From the NCBI GenBank assembly GCA_963842885.1, contig CAWJIE010000003.1:32001-96000 (forward strand): a stretch of DNA of 64,000 nt, written 5' to 3'. The notes below the pieces were generated by a model. The model had not been told where the DNA came from, did not search any database, and was given only the letters and a program-made list of their open reading frames with translations. Positions 20,836 through 30,667 of the stretch are shown one piece after another. The translations under genes and the position numbers were made by a program. Numbering within the stretch: the first letter of the stretch is position 1; every line of letters begins with the position of its first letter. The DNA comes from an uncultured Nitrososphaerota archaeon (GTDB lineage Archaea; Thermoproteota; Nitrososphaeria; Conexivisphaerales; DTJL01).

Positions 20836-21093
20836 CTAGAACACGAGTGTCGACATGAGAAGGGCCGCCATCGTCAACGTCCCCAAGAGCAGCCAGGTCC
20901 TGCTCGTCGGCTCCCCGAGCCTCCTCCGGCCGTAGACGTAGGCCACCGCCGCGAACGCGAGGAGGTCGACGCCCAGGAACGTGGCGAACTTCGTCTCATC
21001 GGCGAGGCTGGTGGCACCCTGCGTCCAGACGTAAGCTGTAGCCAGCACCTGGAGCCCCAGCATCAGCGTGATGAGCAGCTTGAGCCTCTCCAT
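20836..21093 (-). CDS. Small 3-TM protein directly downstream of cytochrome b
   Basis: 85 aa, three hydrophobic segments, start abuts the cytochrome b stop. Confidence 0.7.
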   Translation of the reverse strand: MERLKLLITLMLGLQVLATAYVWTQGATSLADETKFATFLGVDLLAFAAVAYVYGRRRLGEPTSRTWLLLGTLTMAALLMSTLVF

Positions 21094-22563
21094 CTATCTC
21101 CACCTCTCCTCCATCCATTTCACCCGCCTTCGCAGCGTGCCCGACGATCTCTCAAGGCCGTAGAGGAAGAACGTCGTCGCCAGCAGGACGACCGCCAGCG
21201 AGGCCCCCGCGAGGACCAGCTCGAGGGAGGAATACGAAGTCGAGCCCGCCAGAGCATTGGCGGCCCCGTCAATCACGCCGGCGAGCGACAGGGCTCCTAC
21301 CGCCAACAGCGAAGAGAAGGCCGCTATCGTCCACAGGCCCGCCGAGCGTGGCGCGTCCACCTTAGCCCTGGGCAACACTCGGCTCGCCCTCGAATAGACG
21401 AGGCGGAACGCCACCCATGACAGCAGTGCTATGACCAGGGCCGTCCCTCCCAAGACAAGAAGCCCCTCCTCGTTGGAGATCACCTGCCCCGGAGTCAGAT
21501 AGCCCCACACGGTGAGGACCGCCCACTCCCCGAGGAAGACCAGCCCCAACGTTACGTACCGTGCCCTCCTGGACACCTTCCGCGCACTCCTCCTATCGAT
21601 GAAAGGAAGGAGGAAGAAGGCCGCGAAGATGGCCGAGACAACCGTGAGCGCGACGGGCAGGCCTGCGGTCTCGAAGGCGGATATCTTGAGGATTTGGTAG
21701 ATCCAGAGGAAGTACCAGTCAGGTTGAGCGACGAAGCTTCCCGCCGCCTGAGCGGAGTACTGTGGAGGGAGGTTGAGCGGGGACAGGACGGAGATGACCA
21801 TCATGGCCGCCCCGAAGACCGCAGCCAGCTCGAAGAGGTAGACGGTGACGTCAGGGAAGATCGGGACGGGCCTTCGCTCCCTTTCACTTAGCTCTCCCGT
21901 CGCCGGCTCTGAGATCCCGTGAGCCTCCAGCATGTACATCTTGACGGCCAGGAGGACCAGAAGGACTGCCGGGAGGACCACGACGTGGAGCTCGTAGAAG
22001 CGAAGGATCTCGCCGGCGTCCCCCCCTGTGCCCACGATGAGGAAGCTGACGAAAGACGACAACTGCGTAGGGAGGACGAATATCATCCCCACGCCGACGT
22101 CCGTCGCCGCCTTCGACACTACGCTCCACGGCAGGAGGTATCCCGTGAATCCGAATCCCAGCGTGACGAATCCCATAAGCATCCCGATGACCCACATCAA
22201 CTCCCTAGGCTTCTTCTGAGCGGAGACGAAGTAGTTGCGCAGGAAATGCATGAAGGCGAGGAATATCATGGCGTAGGCAGTGTAGAGGTGGACAGTCTCA
22301 AGGAACCTCCCGTACGGAACGTTCTGAAAGATGTACTGTGTCGAGGCGTAGGCCTGTGTCGGCGAAGGTACATAGTACAGCATCATCGCCACTCCGGTCA
22401 CTCCCTGGACCACGAATGCCACGACGGTCAGCGCCCCCAGCCAATAGAATGGGTTTATCGCGTACCTGGGCACCGGCCTCAGAAGGGGTGCTGACAGGCC
22501 AAGTCGGTCATCCAGCCACTTCGAAGCCCTTTCGAGAACTCCGCTTCCGCTAGCCCCCGCCAA
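21094..22563 (-). CDS. Cytochrome b of a bc-type complex (SoxN/QcrB-like, C-terminally extended)
   Basis: YWLGAL, QGVTG, heme-ligand His in ETVHLY/FMHF and ELHVV/EAHG, GYLLPW, PDWY (PEWY) motif, extra C-terminal TMs. Confidence 0.93.
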   Translation of the reverse strand: MAGASGSGVLERASKWLDDRLGLSAPLLRPVPRYAINPFYWLGALTVVAFVVQGVTGVAMMLYYVPSPTQAYASTQYIFQNVPYGRFLETVHLYTAYAMIFLAFMHFLRNYFVSAQKKPRELMWVIGMLMGFVTLGFGFTGYLLPWSVVSKAATDVGVGMIFVLPTQLSSFVSFLIVGTGGDAGEILRFYELHVVVLPAVLLVLLAVKMYMLEAHGISEPATGELSERERRPVPIFPDVTVYLFELAAVFGAAMMVISVLSPLNLPPQYSAQAAGSFVAQPDWYFLWIYQILKISAFETAGLPVALTVVSAIFAAFFLLPFIDRRSARKVSRRARYVTLGLVFLGEWAVLTVWGYLTPGQVISNEEGLLVLGGTALVIALLSWVAFRLVYSRASRVLPRAKVDAPRSAGLWTIAAFSSLLAVGALSLAGVIDGAANALAGSTSYSSLELVLAGASLAVVLLATTFFLYGLERSSGTLRRRVKWMEERWR

Positions 22564-23211
22564 CTAGGTCACCAGTGTTCCGCCCTGAAGGTCGTTGGTC
22601 ACGTCGTCGGAGCCTGTGCTGTGACCAAAGACGGAGGGAGGTCCCATGGAGATTGCGAAGATGTTGCCCGAGCTGTCGACGTCGAGGATGACGTGAGGCA
22701 GGGGCCTCGGCGACGGGCCACCTATCACCTTCGCGTCGTTCAGAAGGTCATAGATGCTCCCATGGCAGCAACAGAACCCCACAGGCCGCGAGGCGCTGAA
22801 GGAATGCTTGCATGTTGGCGAAGAGCCTGGGGGTACGAAGCTGTATACACAGCCCAGGTGCTGGCAGAGCAAGCTGAAGGCCACGATGTCGCCGTCCGGC
22901 CCCACTCCCCCAGAAGCTTTCAGTCCCAGCTTGACGAGGACGTTGGGCTCGTCGTCGAGGGGGTAGTTGAAGAAGACGGGGACGTTGACCACGAGGTCGC
23001 CCAGGTTGGCGACCTCGACTCTGGGGAATGTCGTTGGCTGGCCAGATGTGGTGGCAGCCGTGCTCGAGATAGACCTTGAAACGGCCGCGATCCCTCCGAC
23101 AGCTAGAAGCGCGGAGAGGGACAAACCGACCTTCAGGAACTCCCTCTTGGATTCGTCTGTCTGGGAGCCGTCAGCAGCGGGAGGCTCCTCCGGCCGGCCT
23201 TCATCTTTCAA
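22564..23211 (-). CDS. Rieske 2Fe-2S protein (SoxL-like) with Tat signal
   Basis: SKREFLK Tat motif, FNYPL..PNVLVKLG, GGVGPDGDIVAFS, CQHLGC, CCCHGSIYD, GPSPRPLP. Confidence 0.92.
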   Translation of the reverse strand: MKDEGRPEEPPAADGSQTDESKREFLKVGLSLSALLAVGGIAAVSRSISSTAATTSGQPTTFPRVEVANLGDLVVNVPVFFNYPLDDEPNVLVKLGLKASGGVGPDGDIVAFSLLCQHLGCVYSFVPPGSSPTCKHSFSASRPVGFCCCHGSIYDLLNDAKVIGGPSPRPLPHVILDVDSSGNIFAISMGPPSVFGHSTGSDDVTNDLQGGTLVT

Positions 23212-24287
23212 CGGGCCACCCTCTTCTCTCCGGGTTTCAGGAGGACCCCGATAGCGACGCCGACGACCAGCAGCCCCATGCCGGCCGTCGCCGCAAGGAC
23301 TGGGCTTATGCCCCCGCTGGAAGACGCTCCTGAACCAGGAGGAGCCGCGTCGCTGATCGTGAGATTATACCACTGCGAAACGGACTTCATGTCGGCCGAC
23401 TCCCCCAGCTTCCCGTTCCAGACGGCGAAGGCCACGTAGTAGCTGGAGCCCATCGCCAGCTGGACCCTGTACTGCGCGGCGCTGGTCGTCGTGAAGCTTC
23501 TGACCATCTCCACGGTCCAGGTGCCGCTGGCGTTGTCGTAGAAGCTCGCCACCTTGATAATGAACGGATTAGCGAACGGGGCAAGGTTGGGTGAATCTGC
23601 CCCGAAGCTCCCGGGTATCACGAAGAAGCCCGTCGTGTTGGTGTAATCGTCTTCTGCGAAGGACAGGTTGTTGGCTGGGAAGATGGCGTTCCCCAGCGGA
23701 TCGGTATATCCCCCTGGGAAGTCGGCGTTGTTAGCAGAGTTATCCGTGGGGTCCGACTGCCAATGCCAGATCTCCGCCGCCCCGCCGGTTATCGCACCGT
23801 CTGAGCCCAACTGCATCGCGGGCGACTGCTGGACGCCCTGCGAGCCTGGTATGAACCACAGCGATGCCACTCGGTCCGGGTAGTGGTAGGTGGAGTTGTA
23901 GAAGAGCTGGGTCACGTTGGCGGTAGCGTCAGGCGTCAGAGGCAGCAGAGTGCCGTTCCCCGAATCATAGAGCTCGTTGTCGGATTGGAACGACGGTCCT
24001 CCCGGATCCGGCCACTTGAAAAGCAAGAAGACGTTGTATCCGTCGTTCGCCGACTTCACCAAGACGCATGGTGTGTGACCGCCGCCTGGGGTAACCGAAG
24101 CCGCCAGGGAGACATTCGTCCAGGATATCGCCGCCCAGAAGGATTCGTTGCCTGGGGCCGCATAGTCGGCCGACCCGCTGACAAGATATGACGTCAGGTT
24201 GGAAGATACCTGCTGGGCCAGAGCCGACCTGGAGAAGGCCGCAGGCGAAGCGACTCCCCCAATGAGAAGCGAAATGCAAAGTCCCAT
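23208..24287 (-). CDS. Extracytoplasmic DOMON-type heme b protein, cytochrome b558/566 subunit A (CbsA)-like
   Basis: Signal peptide, YPDRVASLW, conserved Met (PAMQLG), GGAAEIWHWQS, WTVEMVRSF, YYVAFAVWNGKLGE..KSVS, C-terminal TM. Confidence 0.75.
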   Translation of the reverse strand: MGLCISLLIGGVASPAAFSRSALAQQVSSNLTSYLVSGSADYAAPGNESFWAAISWTNVSLAASVTPGGGHTPCVLVKSANDGYNVFLLFKWPDPGGPSFQSDNELYDSGNGTLLPLTPDATANVTQLFYNSTYHYPDRVASLWFIPGSQGVQQSPAMQLGSDGAITGGAAEIWHWQSDPTDNSANNADFPGGYTDPLGNAIFPANNLSFAEDDYTNTTGFFVIPGSFGADSPNLAPFANPFIIKVASFYDNASGTWTVEMVRSFTTTSAAQYRVQLAMGSSYYVAFAVWNGKLGESADMKSVSQWYNLTISDAAPPGSGASSSGGISPVLAATAGMGLLVVGVAIGVLLKPGEKRVAR

Positions 24288-24435
24288 CCATAAGCATCGG
24301 ATGATGCGCCTTGTCAGAGAGAGACCACCGCCGGCGCGGAGAGGGGGCGTCCAACAGCCAACCAGTATTTCACGCCAAAAGGGCTAACGAAATAGTTCTT
24401 AAGACTTCAGGAAGATACGAATGTCGCATTCCGGA

Positions 24436-25197
24436 TTACTCGCACCTCCGCACCTGAGGGGTGTCATGGTTCAGAGTCAACGCACGTGCCGAAATATCAT
24501 GTTTGGCCTCGCCAAGGACCCTTCCCCAGTCGAACTTGAACAAGAAGATTCCGAGTACTATGAATGCGGCGGTCAACAGGAGCGAGAACTCGAGGGACGA
24601 GATGCGCAAGACATGTCTTGTGAAACTCGCAATCCTCAGTATCCCGAGGAACTCGAGCTCAATCTCGAACGCGCTCTTAACGAGCTTCGCCGCGACCGTC
24701 ACCGAGAGCATAGGGGTCAGCTTCGTTCTTGCGGCTCCTGCGCCGATGTAGATGTAGTCGTCCAACGGAAAGAAGGGTATCACGGCACTAATGAAGACCG
24801 CGACGAGAAACCTCCGGTCTTGCAGCCACCGCGCAAGTAGCTGGACGTTCCTGTTCTTCGATAGGCTACCCTTGAATGCCCTGCCGCCGCCGTAGATGAC
24901 GAGCTTTCCGGTCACCGCTCCTGCCGCAGTGATGAGCACGACGAGGATGAAGGCGTCCACCGAGAAACCGAAGGCTATCAGTTCAGCCGTGGCTACCAGC
25001 GTGTAAGACGCGCCAAAGAATGGAGTGGCATTCGAGACGAGCGAGATGACAAAGAGGCCTACAAGGCTGAGCATGAACGGGCTCGGGGGATGTAGGTGGT
25101 ACGAAAGCAGGGCTGCGCCACTCAAGAGGGCCGAAATGCCGTAGCCTGACGCTCCCACTGAATCCACCTGGCAGCCCTCCCGATGGTTTCGCATCAA
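24436..25197 (-). CDS. DedA/VTT-like membrane protein (start may be further downstream)
   Basis: SNATPFFGASYT, GAVTGKLVIYGGGR, PLDDYIYIGAG. Confidence 0.65.
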   Translation of the reverse strand: MMRNHREGCQVDSVGASGYGISALLSGAALLSYHLHPPSPFMLSLVGLFVISLVSNATPFFGASYTLVATAELIAFGFSVDAFILVVLITAAGAVTGKLVIYGGGRAFKGSLSKNRNVQLLARWLQDRRFLVAVFISAVIPFFPLDDYIYIGAGAARTKLTPMLSVTVAAKLVKSAFEIELEFLGILRIASFTRHVLRISSLEFSLLLTAAFIVLGIFLFKFDWGRVLGEAKHDISARALTLNHDTPQVRRCE

Positions 25198-25539
25198 GAC
25201 CCACTTAAGTGATTTCTTGCCACTCTCTTAGGCCTGGCGTCCCTTGGACGGATCTTCTTGCTCCCCCCAAGGTCACAGGCATCTTTGACGAGGCGGAATT
25301 CGGAGAAAAGAAAGGTGGATGTGACGCTTAGGGCCCCGCGCGAAGGAGGAGGCCCTGTTCGATCATATTCTGGGAGACACAGCCTCCCTGTTCTACTCTT
25401 AAGACGCTTTGCCTGAGCAACGCGGCGAGCCTCTGCTCAATTGCAGGTATCGGCTCTCTGAGGTTGACAGGGCGACCTTCCAAGGTAAACCCGTGAACGA
25501 AGAGATTATAGTGGGGACGGAGCACGTTTACTGCAAAGC

Positions 25540-25962
25540 ATGACAATTGAGATGTTCACCGACGGTCTGGCCGAGCCACGCAATCCCGGCATCGGCACCT
25601 TCGCCTGCATCATATACAGAAACGGAGAGCTGCTCGCACAGGACAGCGGGTTCGTCGGCGACCCCATATCTAACAACGAAGCTGAATACGAGGCGCTCAT
25701 CCGAGGGCTGAAGGCGATACTCTCATACTCGGCCGAACAGGTGGTCGTGATGTCGGATTCCCAGCTCCTCGTGAACCAGATGAGTGGCAAGTGGAAGGTC
25801 AAGAAGGGAGCTTACAGGGAAAGATTTCTGAAGGCGAAGAAGCTCGCCGAGGGCTTCAAGTCGCTGAAGTTCATGTGGATTCCAAGAGAAATGAATGAGA
25901 AGGCCGACGCGCTCACGCGGGCGGCTTACCATGGATACCTACAGGAGAAGAGACCGAGATAG
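25540..25962 (+). CDS. rnhA: Ribonuclease HI (archaeal type)
   Basis: FTDGLAEPRNPG, SNNEAEYEALI, SDSQLLVNQMSG.WKV, WIPREMNEKADAL. Confidence 0.93.
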   Translation: MTIEMFTDGLAEPRNPGIGTFACIIYRNGELLAQDSGFVGDPISNNEAEYEALIRGLKAILSYSAEQVVVMSDSQLLVNQMSGKWKVKKGAYRERFLKAKKLAEGFKSLKFMWIPREMNEKADALTRAAYHGYLQEKRPR

Positions 25963-26789
25963 GTCTTTCAAGGTTGCCTCTTTGGTCGCTCTGGACTAAG
26001 GACTGCGGCATCGCCGGTTCTACGAACTGTGTATGAAACACAATCGCGGCATCCGCTGGCACGATAGGAGCCGAATTTGGTTCATGATTGGGACTCGAGT
26101 GGTAGGATGATGGGACCTTAACTCGTGGAAAACCGTGGCATTAGAGAATCGGACGACTCTGCACGGAGCGGGGGAGCCGGTAAAGAGCATGGACCTGACT
26201 CATTACTTGGAGCCGCAGCCACATCTTCTGTGGTAAACAACATACGTACCTAGAATGGGAAGCACATCTCATCAGTTCAATGGAAGGTGGTTGTACGAGT
26301 GCTGGGTTTCGGAATGCCAGATTACGCTTTCTTTACCTGAAGTCACCGCCCAATCCATAGCCCTGCCCTCGGAACACACATCCCAGATTCTGGGTCATAG
26401 TGACAGTCTTTCGAGAACTCGCAGTCCTTGCAGTCGTCCGCAACGAGTCCACCAAGACGACACGTTTTCTCCTCGCCCAAGTTGCAGTATCATCCCGCCT
26501 GGCTCAATGAATCGGGGGTCACCCGTCTAGTTGCATTTCTTGCCTTTATCCCTAGCGCTTCTAATAGTGCCTATCCGCCTAGGGCCGTGTGAGGTCCGGT
26601 GTAACTTGTCAATGGGTTCGCGCTGGCTCCGTGGTTTGGAGCCCGCTTTCTTGTGCAGGGCTGAAACCTGCCGCGGACATGTTCTGCAAGATTCTCTTGC
26701 TATCCTCGATTCCGTTCGGCTATATCTCCAAATGATGCGCTGCACCTATCTAGCCTCTATTCTGCCCTGTCCTCGCTGACGGACGATGC

Positions 26790-27951
26790 CTAATTCTCTA
26801 GCGCCAGACGCCGAAGCTCTTCGACCCTGTCGGTCCTCTCCCAAGTGAACTCCGGCTCGAGCCTTCCGAAATGCCCGTAGCAGGCAGTCTTCCTGTAGAT
26901 GGGCCTAAGGAGGTCCAGCTGTCTGATCATCATCCCCGGGCGAAGGTCGAAGGCCTTTTCCACGGCCTTCGCGATCTTCTCGTCAGGGACCTTCCCTGTG
27001 CCGAATGTGGTGACCATTAGGGAAACAGGCCGGGCGACGCCTATCGCGTAGGCTATCTGCACTTCGCACCTGTCCGCCAGACCAGCAGCGACGACGTTCT
27101 TGGCTACATACCTCGCCATGTAGCTGCCCGAGCGATCCACCTTCGTTGGGTCCTTCCCCGAGAAGCAACCTCCACCGTGAGAGCCCACGCCGCCGTATGT
27201 GTCCACGATGATCTTCCTTCCGGTGAGGCCCGAATCGGCCAAGGTGCCGCCGATGACGAACCTCCCTGTCTCGTTCACGTGGAACTTCGTGTTCTCGTCA
27301 ATCATGTCAGGCGGGACCACCTCCTTGATCACCTTCTCTATCACGTCCTTCTTAATCGTCTCCCTGTCCACGTGCTCCTCATGCTGGGCGGCCACCACGA
27401 CGGCCTCTACTCTCTTGGGGCTACCGTTCTCATATTCGACGGTGACCTGAGACTTCCCGTCGGGCCTGAGGTAGGGGAGGAGGCCTGACTTGCGTGTCTC
27501 CGCCAGACGCCTGACGATTCCGTGGGCCAGCATGATGGGGAGGGGCATGAGCTCTGGCGTCTCGTTGCAGGCGTAGCCGAACATGAGCCCTTGGTCCCCG
27601 GCCCCCATCTCCTCCGGAGGCCTGTTGACGCCCATGGCGATGTCGGGGGACTGCTCCTCGATCGAGACCATGATGCCGCAGGTCTCCCAGTCCAGGCCAT
27701 CCCTGGCGTTGTTCAGCCCGATTTCCTTCAACACTCCACGCACGATCTGCTTGTACCTCACGTTGGCCGTCGTCGTTATCTGCCCCGTGACTACGACCAT
27801 GCTCTCCATGACCAGCGTCTCGCAGTCCACCCTCGCGTTCTTGTCTTGGAGAGATTACGGCGTCGAGGATGGCATCCGAAACCTGGTCGGCCACTTTGTC
27901 GGGATGGCCTTCTGCGACTGATTCCGAGGTGAAGAAGTATCTGCTCGGCAT
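26790..27951 (-). CDS. metK: S-adenosylmethionine synthetase, bacterial/eukaryotic type (one frameshift near 27850)
   Basis: [75 protein letters not shown]. Confidence 0.95.
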
Positions 27952-28287
27952 GGCACCATCCTCGCTGTCTAGTCGGACGAGCTTCTTAAAGTGTGGTCAC
28001 GATTCCGCGACGGCCTGCATTTCGAGCATCATGTAGGCCGACCTCAGCCTGCCGTGGAGCTTCGACATCTCGCCGAAGCCCGTCTCCGGGAATCCCCTCG
28101 AATGGAAGAGGGAAGGTGAGGCCACCCCGGGTAACAACAGGGCTGTTGCTCTCTGAAGTGCTACGCAAGAGAGTCAAGAAAACGCCACATGTATCGCGCT
28201 CGATACCAGAGGGCCAGATGGATGGACCCCAGCCACATGAAGAGTTTCTTCAGATATGAGAAGTCCTGGACCGGTGAGGAGCTGGGC

Positions 28288-28671
28288 CTACCCTACCAGC
28301 GTCGTGATTTCTCTCGCTATGCCGTGTTCTACGTGTTCGGTCCACAGCATCTCGGGGATGTCCACGGCCAAGAAGAGGGCAGACAGCAAGAGGGCTTCGA
28401 CCGCGGCGACCCCTATGTTCTGTATCCATTTCCCGATGCCGATGTGCACGGTGAAGTCGTCGGGCTGACCCGTCAGGAGGATCGAGAAAGCACGGTCAGC
28501 GGAGATCAGGTCCCTCAGAATCCCCGCCTTCTGGGCTTGGACGACGGTCCCAAGAGGAGGCGTCGCCATCTGCGTCTTGTACCCTTCAGACTGCAGCTGC
28601 TGCACTATCTGCTGGGCCAGCTGGTTCAGGTCCTTGTTCTTACCTTGAAAACGGAGCACTTTCTCTGGCAA
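28288..28671 (-). CDS. Conserved-looking hypothetical protein
   Basis: 127 aa with coding-like codon usage, an alpha/beta N-terminal part then VHIGIGKWIQN and a hydrophobic helix. TATA ctaaata upstream. Confidence 0.7.
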   Translation of the reverse strand: MPEKVLRFQGKNKDLNQLAQQIVQQLQSEGYKTQMATPPLGTVVQAQKAGILRDLISADRAFSILLTGQPDDFTVHIGIGKWIQNIGVAAVEALLLSALFLAVDIPEMLWTEHVEHGIAREITTLVG

Positions 28672-29060
28672 ATGTAAATCAGCTTGTGTGTTTCGTTCGC
28701 CTATTTAGGCCTTACCGGCGAACCGGTGTTGCCCGTTAATCATCCTTGCCAAGCAGAGGGTTGGGAATAATCTCTCTTTCACAGATTTGTCTATGACAGG
28801 CTACACAGGTGAGTATTGGGTGACCTATCTTACAATTCCAGTTTTGGTGACAAAGCCTGAAGGCGGCTGAATCCTCCGTCTTGACAGAGCGCTTCTTCAG
28901 GCCTTCAGATAGAGGGCCATGATCGGGGGCGTTCCTCTTCGTCTGCAGGGCCCTCTGACGGCATAGGTGAGGGCCCACTTCAGTATCGTCTCTCCCTCCT
29001 TGGCGGGCCAAGATGCTGCCTCCTGAGAGAGTTGACGTACCTCTAGGATTCGGTGGCTGA

Positions 29061-29300
29061 ATGAAGCTGTTCATCAGCGGGCAGGACGACTGCGATCGCC
29101 TCGCCGAGGTCGTCGGGTACCTGGCCACCTGCTACAGGAAGGTCACCAAGTGTGTCATCTTCCACGCCGCCTCCTTGCGCTCTTTCTGCTCGGGCCGCTC
29201 AAGGTGCAGCAGGGCAAGGATTCAGGACCAGTCCCTGCCTGAGCGCGGACCCATCTTCACCCCCATGAACAAAGGCGCATCGGTCGTCAGCGATTCATGA
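29061..29300 (+). CDS. Small Cys-containing hypothetical protein
   Basis: 79-aa ORF with ATG start; no family recognised. Confidence 0.35.
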   Translation: MKLFISGQDDCDRLAEVVGYLATCYRKVTKCVIFHAASLRSFCSGRSRCSRARIQDQSLPERGPIFTPMNKGASVVSDS

Positions 29301-29402
29301 TATGATGGCCTTAGAGCCACTGCGAATACTGTCGCCCGCCCGCCAGAACCTCCGGGCAAGGCTTTTAAATGACGGTGAGAAGTCATTGCATCTGAACCAG
29401 AT

Positions 29403-29576
29403 TTGTCCTCAAAAAGGGAGAAGAAGAACAAAGCACCTCTTCCCGCCTCCAGCGCGGGCCTCCTGAGGTTCTTTGACGAAGACACGCCCGGTTTCAAGGT
29501 CGGACCGGAAGCCATCATAGGCGTCGGGGCAGTCCTGATCGTCGGGTCCCTCCTGCTGCTGGCGTTCCTCAAGTAG
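29403..29576 (+). CDS. secG: Preprotein translocase subunit Sec61-beta
   Basis: Manual translation MSSKREKKNKAPLPASSAGLLRFFDEDTPGFKVGPEAIIGVGAVLIVGSLLLLAFLK. TATA ttttaaa near 29363. Confidence 0.92.
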   Translation: MSSKREKKNKAPLPASSAGLLRFFDEDTPGFKVGPEAIIGVGAVLIVGSLLLLAFLK

Positions 29577-29721
29577 GGCGGCCGCGCAATAAAGGAGATG
29601 CCTGATGAGGCGCATCCTCCGAAACCGCCCGCCTTTCACCGAATTCGAAACCTAGTCCGTCCTTTCGTATCTCCACCATGCGAGGAGTCCGGGCAGCCTA
29701 TCGAGTGCCTGTCGCAATTGC

Positions 29722-30123
29722 CTAGAGGCGAGGGAAGAATGATGTGGGGACCACCAGGCCGAATAGGGCTCCGAGTATCACGCTCATCACGGCGAAGACG
29801 AGTATCGAGAGTATGGCTATTCCGATGCCTCCCATCCAACCCGTTCCGAAGCTTGACTTGTAGACCCATATCCAGGCTATGAAGGCCAGGAGCAGAGCGA
29901 TGACGAATGCTCCTGAGCCGATCAACGCTCCCAGAAAATAATCCACCGCGATCAAGGTCACGACGTAGACTACTGGGCCAAACAGGGTGGCAACCATGGC
30001 ATCGCCAAAAGTAGACTTTCCCCCAGTTATTGTCTTGCCCGCCACCCACGCCGGTATCGAGATGACTATCCACAGGATGGCCAAACCTATGATAGTCACA
30101 AGCAGGCTCATCCAGGCTGCCAA
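29722..30123 (-). CDS. 4-TM hypothetical membrane protein
   Basis: Entirely hydrophobic 133 aa with IWVYKSSFGTGW. Confidence 0.75.
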   Translation of the reverse strand: MAAWMSLLVTIIGLAILWIVISIPAWVAGKTITGGKSTFGDAMVATLFGPVVYVVTLIAVDYFLGALIGSGAFVIALLLAFIAWIWVYKSSFGTGWMGGIGIAILSILVFAVMSVILGALFGLVVPTSFFPRL

Positions 30124-30310
30124 GGTTGGGAAGAGCCAGATCGCTCAAGACTCTTGCCGTTGTTGGTTCTGCTTATTCGTCATTATAAGGAATAGGGCAC
30201 TAGCTAGCAGTCGAGTAGGGTCTCACTTTGCTGCCTCCCGGGGGTGGCTTCTCTTGGGTGGCCCACGGGGAGGCCTTTTCGCTATCGGGCACCTCCTCGA
30301 GGCTTCACGA

Positions 30311-30484
30311 TTATGTGGAATGCGGCAGTGCTCGTGGCATCATTTCAGGTACGAACTCGACTTCTCTGAGGAGGGACTCATCGAGGTGTTCGATGGAGTG
30401 GGCGATCCTCAGGTGCACCAGCGCCGCTTCTTTGTCCCTGAAGTAGATGCCGTCCAGTATGCAGCGATAGAGTCGGAGCGGCAT
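30311..30484 (-). CDS. Small C2H2-like zinc-finger protein (57 aa)
   Basis: MPLRLYRCILDGIYFRDKEAALVHLRIAH matches Y-x-C-x2-(D)-x3-F-x8-H-x4-H. Confidence 0.5.
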   Translation of the reverse strand: MPLRLYRCILDGIYFRDKEAALVHLRIAHSIEHLDESLLREVEFVPEMMPRALPHST

Positions 30485-30667
30485 CTCCTGAGACAATTCC
30501 CTCGGGGGAGGAGTGACGAGACATCTATTTGACTGGGAAATGCACTTCTCGATGACTCGCGCGTCTATTCTTTTCGCGGATGCGCCTCGCTGGTACCGCC
30601 CTTGACCCATCTGGCCCCGACGAAGAGGGCCAGAACCGACATGGCCTCTCCGTGCCCGGCCTAGCCT

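Noticed and set aside
22564-23211. Arsenite oxidase small subunit (AioB) call from GGVGPDGDIVAFS
   Set aside because: No molybdopterin large subunit is adjacent. Neighbours are cytochrome b and a CbsA-like gene, fitting a SoxL-type Rieske.
25963-26789. Possible gene or RNA in the 0.8-kb gap between rnhA and metK
   Set aside because: The short ORFs show no motifs or coding bias, and no tRNA or other known RNA signature was recognised.
27840-27860. Programmed ribosomal frameshift in metK
   Set aside because: No slippery heptamer, and many unrelated genes show similar indels, favouring sequencing error.
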